From: Macrostomum lignano
Taxonomy: Eukaryota
Assembly (NCBI GenBank): GCA_002269645.1
Contig: NIVC01003587.1
Span: 25,452-89,451 of the forward strand
DNA: 64,000 bases
Direction of reading: 5' to 3'
Shown here piece by piece: positions 31,801 through 43,800 of the stretch. The notes below the pieces were generated by a model, which was given only the letters and a program-made list of their open reading frames with translations, did not search any database and had not been told where the DNA came from. Each line of letters begins with the position of its first letter. Position 1 is the first letter of the stretch. The translations under genes were made by a program, and so were the position numbers.

Positions 31801-34800
31801 GACACCAGACATTAGACACCAGACATTAGACACCAGACATTAGACACCAGACATTAGACATTAGACATTAGACACTAGACATTAGACACCAGACATTAGA
31901 CACCGGAGATTAGACACCAGACATTAGACACCGGACATTAGACACCAGACATTAGACACTAGACATTAGACACCAGACATTAGACACCAGACATTAGACA
32001 CCAGACATTAGACACCAGACATTAGACACCAGACATTAGACACCAGACATTAGACACCAGACATTAGACACCAGACATTAGACACCAGACATTAGACACC
32101 AGACATTAGACACCAGACATTAGACACTAGACATTAGACACCAGACATTAGACACCAGACATTAGACACCAGACATTAGACACCAGACATTAGACACCAG
32201 ACATTAGACACCGGAGATTAGACACCAGACATTAGACACTAGACATTAGACACCAGACATTAGACACCAGACATTAGACACCAGACATTAGACACCAGAC
32301 ATTAGACACCGGAGATTAGACACCAGACATTAGACACCAGACATTAGACACCAGACATTAGACACCAGACATTAGACACCAGACATTAGACACCGGAGAT
32401 TAGACACCAGACATTAGACACCAGACATTAGACACCAGACATTAGACACCAGACATTAGACACCGGACATTAGACACCAGACATTAGACACCAGACATTA
32501 GACACCAGACATTAGACACCAGACATTAGACACCAGACATTAGACACCAGACATTAGACACCAGACATTAGACACCAGACATTAGACACCAGACATTAGA
32601 CACCAGACATTAGACACCAGACATTAGACACCAGACATTAGACACCGGACATTAGACACCAGACATTAGACACTAGACATTAGACACCAGACATTAGACA
32701 CCAGACATTAGACACCAGACATTAGACACCAGACATTAGACACCGGACATTAGACACCAGACATTAGACACTAGACATTAGACACCAGACATTAGACACC
32801 AGACATTAGACACCAGACATTAGACACCAGACATTAGACACCAGACATTAGACACCAGACATTAGACACCGGAGATTAGACAGCGGACATTAGACACCAG
32901 ACATTAGACACTAGACATTAGACACCAGACATTAGACACCAGACATTAGACACCAGACATTAGACACCAGACATTAGACACCAGACATTAGACACCGGAG
33001 ATTAGACACCAGACATTAGACACCGGACATTAGACACCAGACATTAGACACTAGACATTAGACACCAGACATTAGACACCAGACATTAGACACCAGACAT
33101 TAGACACCAGACATTAGACACCAGACATTAGACACCAGACATTAGACACCAGACATTAGACACCGGACATTAGACACCAGACATTAGACACTAGACATTA
33201 GACACCAGACATTAGACACCAGACATTAGACACCAGACATTAGACACCAGACATTAGACACCAGACATTAGACACCGGAGATTAGACACCAGACATTAGA
33301 CACCAGACATTAGACACCAGACATTAGACACCAGACATTAGACACCAGACATTAGACACCAGACATTAGACACCAGACATTAGACACCAGACATTAGACA
33401 CCAGACATTAGACACCAGACATTAGACACTAGACATTAGACACCAGACATTAGACACCAGACATTAGACACCAGACATTAGACACCAGACATTAGACACC
33501 AGACATTAGACACCGGAGATTAGACACCAGACATTAGACACCGGACATTAGACACCAGACATTAGACACTAGACATTAGACACCAGACATTAGACACCAG
33601 ACATTAGACACCAGACATTAGACACCAGACATTAGACACCAGACATTAGACACCAGACATTAGACACCAGACATTAGACACCGGACATTAGACACCAGAC
33701 ATTAGACACTAGACATTAGACACCAGACATTAGACACCAGACATTAGACACCAGACATTAGACACCAGACATTAGACACCAGACATTAGACACCAGACAT
33801 TAGACACCGGAGATTAGACACCAGACATTAGACACCAGACATTAGACACCAGACATTAGACACCAGACATTAGACACCAGACATTAGACACCAGACATTA
33901 GACACCAGACATTAGACACCAGACATTAGACACCGGACATTAGACACCAGACATTAGACACCAGACATTAGACACCAGACATTAGACACCAGACATTAGA
34001 CACCAGACATTAGACACCAGACATTAGACACCGGACATTAGACACCAGACATTAGACACTAGACATTAGACACCAGACATTAGACACCAGACATTAGACA
34101 CCAGACATTAGACACCAGACATTAGACACCAGACATTAGACACCGGACATTAGACACCAGACATTAGACACCGGAGATTAGACACCAGACATTAGACATC
34201 AGACATTAGACACCAGACATTAGACACCAGACATTAGACACCGGAGATTAGACACCAGACATTAGCCATCAGACATTAGACACCAGACATTAGACACCAG
34301 ACATTAGACACCAGACATTAGACACCGGAGATTAGACACCAGACATTAGACACCAGACATTAGACACCGGAGATTAGACACCAGACATTAGACATCAGAC
34401 ATTAGACACCAAACATTAGACACCAGACATTAGACACCGGAGATTAGACACCAGACATTAGACACCAGACATTAGACACCAGACATTAGACACCAGACAT
34501 TAGACACCAAACATTAGACACCAGACATTAGACACCGGAGATTAGACACCAGACATTAGACACCAGACATTAGACACCAGACATTAGACACCAGACATTA
34601 GACACCGGAGATTAGACACCAGACATTAGACACCAGACATTAGACACCGGAGATTAGACACCAGACATTAGACATCAGACATTAGACACCAAACATTAGA
34701 CACCAGACATTAGACACCGGAGATTAGACACCAGACATTAGACACCAGACATTAGACACCAGACATTAGACACCAGACATTAGACACCAGACATTAGACA

Positions 34801-37800
34801 CCAGACATTAGACACCAGACATTAGACACCAGACATTAGACAAATAGACGAGACAGAGCCACATAAACCTTAAAATACTGAAATCTCAAGCAACACACGA
34901 TGATGCATCAGCTGATAGCAGATAGTAACTAAAACAAACTGACTGAGCAGAGCTGCTCAAGCACTGCAGCTAAGCTAGAGAGGAGAAAGCTGCAGCAGAA
35001 GGCCCAGGCAACGCCAGCCTGTCAGAGCTGTCAGCCTCGCAGCCCTATCGATTTTCGGCCTCAGTTTCAGCTGCTGAGGGACACGCCGGGAGTAAAAAAA
35101 ATCGCCAGCGCAATGAAAGCCCATGGAGACTGGAGCACATCCTCCTCACCACTGCCACTGCCTAATCCTAGCAGGCAGAGTCCGCTAGACAGGCAGGAAT
35201 GAAGTAGAAGAGAATTATTGTAGATAATGCTAATTCACCGCCAATGCTGGCTCGCTTCTTTTTCGAGTTCGCTCCGAATTCCCCTGGCAACTGCATAACC
35301 CTAAGCGCAGGGATTGTACTAGGCGAAATCGCGCTGATTTGGGCAATTTTTGAGATCTAGCGATATGGGAAATGCAATCTGTATGCTCCCAACTGTCTTC
35401 CTGAGGGGATTCTGCAATGAAAGAATCCAGTTTGAAATTTGAACTCATTACTCAGGCCGCGATTCCTTGTTCCGTTTTGATTTTAAATCAGTTTTTAATG
35501 AGAATTAAATTTTTGTTAAGCCTTTTTTCGACGGGAACACTGCCCTAACACCCACCCCAAAGCACCCTTCCCAAACCAAACACACAAGAAACACCCACCC
35601 CACAACACCCACCCAAAACACTCACCCCAAAACACCCACCCCACAACACCCACCCCAAAACACCCACCCCAAAACACCCACCCCAAAACACCCACCCCAA
35701 AACACCCACCCCAAAACACCCTTACCGTCCAGGGACTTCAAGTACAGCAAGGTTTTCAATCCGGTGACATAGTCGTCAATCAAAGTGAAGTCCTGATTCT
35801 GCACAGCGCTGCACACCTGTGAATTTGGAATGGATATTGTGCAGAATTTAGACTTCAACTCGACTGCGCAAATACAATACGAGCGGACTGAAACGATCGC
35901 CAGCTGCCCCGTAGAAAAAAGCCAAATAGGCTGCAAAATTTCCTAACCTTGTCGGGCCAAAATGCGGTATACTGCTGGAGAAGCCCTAGCTAATTAAAAA
36001 AGACGAGGCCTTATTGCTGGATTGCGTTTCGCGGAGGTAAGAAGGCCTCTTGTGCGTCAGGATCAGACAAATTCAAGGCGATGAGAGCTGCAGGGTGAAG
36101 GGCTGCCCAAGGTTTGGGTGCAGCTCGCTAGCTGACTATTTATCTAGCTGTCAAAGATACAGTCAAGTACAGTTGAGTTTCTATCGAAATTATGAATTAT
36201 GAAATTATGAAACTGGGAAAGAAGTTGGGATAGAAGTTGGGAAAGATTCTAGTATGGATGCTTAGAGACCGTTTTCGCATGTGAATAAATGGCGATTTAA
36301 GTATTTGTATGCCGCTGGCGGAATTGTCTACTGCATAGATAAGATTCCGGGTCCCTGACTCTCCGGCTGTATGACTCTCCAACTGTCTGACTCTCCAACA
36401 GTCTGACTCTCCGACTATCTGACTCTCCAGCAGTCTGACTCTCCGACTATCTGACTCTCCAGCAGTCTGACTCTCCGACTGTCTGACTCTACAACAGTCT
36501 GACTCTCCGACTATCTGACTCTCCAACAGTCTGACTCTCCGACTATCTGACTCTCCAACAGTCTGACTCTCCGACTGTCTGACTCTCCGACTGTCTGACT
36601 CTCCGACTGTCTGACTCTCCGACTGTCTGACTCTCCGACTATCTGACTCTCCCAATGTCTGACTCTCCGACTATCTGACTCTCCGACTATCTGACTCTCC
36701 GAATGTATGACTCTCCGACTATCTGACTCTCCGACTGTCTGACTCTCCGACTATCTGACTCTCCGACTGTCTGACTCTCCAACAGTCTGACCCTCCGAAT
36801 GTATGACTCTCCGACTGTCTGACTCTCCGACTATCTGACTCTCCGACTGTCTGACTCTCCGACTATCTGACTCTACGACTATCTGACTCTCCGACTGTCT
36901 GACTCTCCGACTATCTGACTCTCTGACTGTCTGACTCTCTGACTGTCTGACTCTTCGACTGTCTGACTCTCCTTTTGTGAAAATTCAGGGGAATTTTTGG
37001 AGAATCTTTGAAAATCTCTGGAAATCTTTGGAAATTTTGCAAATTTATATGGCAAGAGTTGGAAAAATTTCCTGATCCAGACGCCAGCGGTAGATGCTAC
37101 TCAAGTCTGCGGAAACTCTGAACTCTGTCACAAGCACCTGGTGCAATGCAGGCATATTCGGCTTAGCAATTGTGAATGAAGGGTGGCGAGAAAGCGGGCA
37201 GGCGCTTCCTGTGTTGAAGCGCGGTGCCTCTCCTGAATCTGCAATTAAGTCGGCTGCGAAGAATTCGTAGGCGTTGGCGGCAGCTGGGATTGAAGAAAGC
37301 GCATGTCCGCTCAGGGGATTAGCGGCAGTGGGGGGGTTGGAGACCAAGGCGATCTTGAACAGGAATTTGGAGTAGGCCAACTCCCCATGCTGCTTAAAGA
37401 CTTTTGCAGGGGTTTAGGTCAGAAACTCACACCGTAAGTCGGAATCATGGGCATTAGAAGGACACTACAAGCGTACACTCGCGAATCTTTAGATTATAGA
37501 TTAGCTCTTTTGCGTAGCGCTAAATGAGGTTTCTCCATAGACAAGTTCAGTTGAGAAATATTCGCGCTAGAAAAAGACGCAAAAGAGATAAGAACAACAG
37601 AAGTCTCGCCGGAGCCAGGCTTGCTTGCCGGGCCAAAGTGGGAATAAAAACGTTTCTGTAGTCTATGGCCGGTCCCGAGTGATTTAGATAAAATTCTGTA
37701 GTCTATGGCCAGGCTCAAGTGAGGAATAAATACAACTCTGTAGTCTATGGCCAGGCTCAAGTGAGGAATAAATACAACTCTGTAGTCTATGGCCAGGCTC

Positions 37801-40800
37801 AAGTGAGGAATAATTACAACTCTGTAGTCTATGGCCAGGCTCAAGTGAGGAATAATTACAACTCTGTAGTCTATGGCCAGGCTCAAGTGAGGAATAATTA
37901 CAACTCTGTAGTCTATGGCCAGGCTCAAGTGAGGAATAAATGCAAGTCTGTAGTCTATGGCCAGGCTCAAGTGAGGAATAAATGCAAGTCTGTAGTCTAT
38001 GGCCAGGCTCAAGTGAGGAATAAATGCAAGTCTGTAGTCTATGGCCAGGCTCAAGTGAGGAATAAATGCAAGTCTGTAGTCTATGGCCAGGCTCAAGTGA
38101 GGAATAAATGCAAGTCTGTAGTCTATGGCCAGGCTCAAGTGAGGAATAAATGCAAGTCTGTAGTCTATGGCCAGGCTCAAGTGAGGAATAAATGCAAGTC
38201 TGTAGTCTATGGCCAGGCTCAAGTGAGGAATAAATACAATTCCATAGAGCAGAGCTTACAAAAGTTGGTTCAAGCTAATAGAGGTTTTTGTTATTATATG
38301 TATATTCATAAGTTATTTTTACTCAGCCAAGGAAGAGCTCGCCTCTCCGGATTTCGGGTCCTGTCCTCCTTGACTAGTCCTCTGGGACTTAGCAGCTCCC
38401 TATCCAATATTTTCTCTTCCTCTCGCTGACCTTCGCTTTTCGGTTTTTATTCGATTTTAAAGAAGAATTTTTTACTTCGCACAGGGGAAATCTGAACTGC
38501 GACACCGCGTGCCAAGTTAAAAAGGGTCCGGACTGGCTACAGAAAATGGAATTTCAGTTTTCTCGAGTTAACCAACCAACTGCGTGGGCTGGCAGCTTGC
38601 AGGAAGTCCGCCATGGAATTTAATTTCATTCCTTTTTCGATGCCTCGCACAGGCTGGGACACCTGGAGAGCGCGTGTCTGCGGCGGGCCCCGAGCGTCAG
38701 TAACTACGGGGAGCTGACCGACAGACAAGAAAGTACATTTAGCAGGCGCCAAACAGGATTATATGGGAATCCGTGGACGGCACTTAATCCATTTGTAGCG
38801 AATTCGAATCGATCTAGGCCGCCGATTCAATATAAGCCTTATTCAAGCCTGCAACTAATCAATTATTCAGTTAGCTTCTTCAATAACGGGCCTGGAAAAG
38901 ATAGCAGCATTCGGCAAGACAAAATTCGATTTCCGTGCTGTTACTTGCTGAGACGAACTTGCACGAGTTGGTACAAGTTGGTACAGACAGAGAAGTCCTT
39001 ATTCTTTTCAGGAGAAAACTATCTACATTAACTGCCCTGTCTGCTGCTGTGAAATCAATGCCTCAACGTGTTTCACTCAATAAATAAATTTATTACTCTG
39101 ATAAAATTTTCTAATATAGGCTGTCCAAAAATAAGATTTATAGGTCAAAGTTATCGTTTAGGCTTCACAATCAATGGTTCCCACCGATTTTTATGTTTCA
39201 AGGTCAAGGCTACACTGATTGAGAAGTTTCAAGGTCAAGGCTACTGATTGAGAAGTCTAAAGGTCACGGCTACTGATTGAGAAGTCTAAAGGTCAAGGCT
39301 ACTGATTGAGAAGTCTAAAGGTCAAGGCTACTGATTGAGAAGTTTCAAGGTCAAGGCTACTGATTGAGAAGTTTCAAGGTCAAGGCTACTGATTGAGAAG
39401 TCTAAAGGTCAAGGCTACTGATTGAGAAGTCTAAAGGTCAAGGCTACTGATTGAGAAGTTTCAAGGTCAAGGCTACTGATTGAGAAGTCTAAAGGTCAAG
39501 GCTACTGATTGAGAAGTCTTAAGGTCACGGCTAGTGATTGAGAAGTCTAAAGGTCAAGGCTACTGATTGAGAAGTCTAAAGGTCAAGGCTACTGATTGAG
39601 AAGTTTCAAGGTCAAGGCTACTGATTGAGAAGTCTAAAGGTCAAGGCTACTGATTGAGAAGTTTCAAGGTCACGGCTAGTGATTGAGAAGTCTAAAGGTC
39701 AAGGCTACACTGATTGAGAAGTCTAAAGGTCAATGCTACTGAATACTGATCGAGAAGTTTCAAGGTCACGGCTACTGATTGAGAAGTCTAAAGGTCAAGG
39801 CTACTGATTGAGAAGTCTAAAAGTCAAGGCTACTGATTGAGAAGTCTAAAGGTCACGGCTACTGATTGAGAAGTCTAAAGGTCAAGGCTACTGATTGAGA
39901 AGTCTAAAAGTCAAGGCTACTGATTGAGAAGTCTAAAGGTCACGGCTACTGATTGAGAAGTCTAAAGGTCAAGGCTACTGATTGAGAAGTCTAAAGGTCA
40001 AGGCTACTGATTGAGAAGTTTCAAGGTCAAGGCTACTGATTGAGAAGTCTAAAGGTCAAGGCTACTGATTGAGAAGTTTCAAGGTCACGGCTAGTGATTG
40101 AGAAGTCTAAAGGTCAAGGCTACACTGATTGAGAAGTCTAAAGGTCAATGCTACTGAATACTGATCGAGAAGTTTCAAGGTCACGGCTACTGATTGAGAA
40201 GTCTAAAGGTCAAGGCTACTGATTGAGAAGTCTAAAAGTCAAGGCTACTGATTGAGAAGTCTAAAGGTCACGGCTACTGATTGAGAAGTCTAAAGGTCAA
40301 GGCTACTGATTGAGAAGTCTAAAAGTCAAGGCTACTGATTGAGAAGTCTAAAGGTCACGGCTACTGATTGAGAAGTCTAAAGGTCAAGGCTACTGATTGA
40401 GAAGTCTAAAGGTCACGGCTACTGATTGAGAAGTCTAAAGGTCAAGGCTACTGATTAAAAGTTTACCGATGAAGGTTACCGGTTGAAAAGTTTAAAAACC
40501 AGAAATCTTCTACGAAACTTTGGAAGCATTATTGTAAAAATAAACCAACGAGTCAGCTCTCAAAGTCAAAGCTCACCTGCAGCACTGACGCGCCGGCGTA
40601 CAGGAACTGGATGCCCGCGTCCGCCGAATCGATGCCGCCCGTAGCCAGGATAGGAAAGCCGGGCATGTCACGCGCAATGTTCGACACGGCACGCAGGGCG
40701 ATCGGGCGAATGGCGTTGCCAGACACGCCGCCGTAGGTGGTTTTCTGCTGGCGGCCGATTCGCGGCCACGGTCGGCCATTTGCGTCCAGCCCCATCAGGC

Positions 40801-43800
40801 CGGACACCGTGTTGGTGGCCGTGACTCCGTCGGCGCCTCCCTCCTTGGCGGCGCGGGCAATGTCCAACACGCTAGTGACGTTCGGCGTCAGCTTGGCGAA
40901 CACGGGAATCTTTACGGCCGCCTTCACCCAGCGGCAGATGTTGCGCACCAGCTCGGGAGACTGGCCGCAAGCCAGGCCCATGCCCTTCTCGCCCATGCCG
41001 TGCGGGCAGGACATGTTTAGCTCGAGCGCGTCCGCCCCAGCCTGCTCGGACATGACGGCCAGCTGCGTCCAGTCCTCCTCTGAGTAGCCGCACATCACCG
41101 ACGCGATGAGAACCTTCTCGGGGAAGTCGCGCTTCAATTCGGTGATGCTGCGGCACCAGTAGGCGGCCCGCTTCTCGCTGATCAGCTCAATGTTCAGGAA
41201 GGAGCCCTGGCCAGGCCCGTAGTTGTGCCCGGAAGTGGTGCCCCGGACAATCCTGGGCGACACGTTGGTGATGATGTCCTTGTCCAGCACGAATGTTTTG
41301 GTCAGGGCGAAGCCCCAGCCAGCTTCGAACGCCTTGCGAATCATCGCGCTAGTCGTGGTTGGCGGCGCGCTGGCCAGACCGAACGGGTTCTCGAAGCGCA
41401 GGCCGCACATCTGCACGCTGATGTCAACTGAATCGATTGGCGAGTAGAACTTCGGCAGCCGCGGCTCCACAGGGATCTCCTCGGAGGCGGAGTCGCTGCC
41501 GACGGACTGCAAGTAGCGGTGCATGCTCCAGGCAGCCATCTTGCCGTCGTTGACGGATTCCACCGTCGTCTGGGCGACTCCGGCCACGTCGCCGCCAGCG
41601 AACACCCAGGGCTCGCTAGTTGCCATGGTGACCGAGTCCACCACTGGCAGACTCCAGCGGTTGAGCTTCACCGGAGCGATGGCTTCGATCAGATCCGGGT
41701 CCTGCAGTCCGGAGCCGAACGCCGAGATCAGGTAGTTGGCCTTCAGCCGCACGATTTGCTCCTCGTCCTCGCACCAGTCGCCGTTGTCGTCCTGCTCTGT
41801 GCGGCAGAACTCCACGCCGGTGATGCGGCCATCCTCCCTAGTCAGCACCTTGCGCGGCGACAGGAACGGGTGGAACTCGCAGTTCTCTTCCCTGGCCAAA
41901 TCCATCTCCTCCGGCACCGGACTGATGGTTGTGAAGCCTTTGCGGAACACCACAAACACTCGGCGGGCGCCGCAGCGCAGCGCCGAAGTGGCGCAATCGA
42001 AGGCGGTGTCGCCGGCGCCAAGCACGATGACGGAGCCGCTGAGCTGCGGCAGCGAAGGTCCACCGCCTCCGCCGCAGCCGCACATGCCTGGCTTTGAAGC
42101 GGCTGCCACCAGCGGCAGAAACTCCTTAGACGTGTAGAATCCCTGCTCAACCGTGAGCCCCTTGAACGCTGGAATCAGTTTCGGATTCGGCAGCCCGAAG
42201 CCCAGGAAAGCGCAGGCGTAGCCCTCGGACTTCAGCGAGGCCAGAGTTCGTCCGGCCTTGACTGAAAGCGGAGCCTCGAGCCGGATGTTGACGCCGAGGT
42301 CCTTCACTAGCTGCACTTCGTAGTCGACCACGTTGAATGGCAGACGGAACTGCGGTATCTCGGTGCTGCTCAGGCCGCCAACCGTGGCAGAGCGCTCGAA
42401 AATGTCCACCCGGCTGTAGCCGAGTCTGGCGAGAAACGTGGCGCAGCTGAGGCTGGCCGGGCCGCAGCCGATCAGCGCCACGGGCTGCTGGTAGGCCGGC
42501 AGGTCGCGATTTCCGGCCAGTTCCGGTGGCACCACCTGCGGCAGACGCATCTGCATGAACGTCTCGGTGGCGAAGTGCTGAAGTCCCCCGATGTTGATGG
42601 GGCCCTCCTCACTGGCGTACAGGTTGCAGCCTCCGACGCAGAGGTCGCTGGTCGGGCACACCATGCCGCAGGTGAGCCCGAGTGGATTGTCGGAAAAGAT
42701 CGACCTAGCCGCTCCGTAGTAGTTCTTGTTGGCTATTGAAGTAATGAACGACTTGACGTCTATCTGGGTTGGGCAGCCTTTCTGGCAAGGAGCGTCGGCA
42801 CACTTCAGACAGCGGGCAGCTTCGCGCAGGGCGCCCCGCTCGGATAGCGTCGTGTGCTTGATGTCGCGAAAGTCGCGCTCCAAGGGATGACAGGTGCTGC
42901 AGTTTTTGTCCTTGTTGCGCTTCCAGTGAGCCTTGCCCTGAATAAATAATGGGTAATGATTTGGTTCTGTATTTATTCTGTACTTTTACTAGTGGCTACA
43001 TTATTCCGAATTGGCCCTAAGTAGCGGCACTGTTAATGGCTCTTCTCTTTGTACATTGGGTATAACAGCTTTCTGACGTTTTTATTGAGCCAAAAGTTAT
43101 TGTGCCCTAGGTCGGGCGGGCGTGCATTGGGTGAACAATAAAAACTATCCTATCTTAGTCAGACTCGTTTCTCAGTCGTTCAGACGGCCACCGATAAATA
43201 AATAAACGGGAGAGATTATATACTTCTATTCCGCAGAAAGGAGAGCGAGGAATCCATTTTTCCTTCCCTAAAGATAGCTGGTGCGATGGAGTGGTGGGCG
43301 TTAGCTATGTACATTGTTTCAGAATGGAGAGCAAGGAATCCAGTTTTCTTTCCCTAAAGATAGCTGGTTAGCTGGTGCGATGGGGTGGCGGGCGTTAGCC
43401 GTTAGCTATGTACATTGGCTCAGAATGGAGAGCGAGGAATCCAGTTTTCCTTCCCCAAAGATAGCTGGTGCGATGGGGCGGTGGTTGTTAGCTATGTACA
43501 TTGGCTCAGAATGGAGAGCGAGGAATCCAGTTTTCCTTCCCCAAAGATAGCTGGTGCGATGGGGTGGTGGGTGTTAGCTATGCACATTGGCTCAAAATGG
43601 AGAGCGAGAAATCCAGTTTTCCTTCCCTAAAGATAGCTGGTGCGATGGGGTGGATGGTGCTAGCTATGTACATTGGCTCAGAATGGAAAGCGAGGAATCC
43701 AGTTTTCTTTCCCTAAAGATAGCTGGTTAGCTGGTGCGATGGGGTGGCGGGCGTTAGCCGTTAGCTATCTACATTGGCTCAGAATGGAGAGCGAGGAATC

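Noticed and set aside
37494-38429. Long ORFs on both strands with 14-aa periodicity (also 60842..61270, 62490..62963, 55144..55627, 36197..36655, 30197..30629, 12687..13336)
   Set aside because: They follow from repeat units lacking a stop in one frame; no Kozak, splice or homology support.
30287-40456. DPYD intron arrays all having unit lengths that are multiples of 7
   Set aside because: True for 21, 14, 14 and 42, but recounting gave 16 and 29 for the other two; a post hoc pattern.
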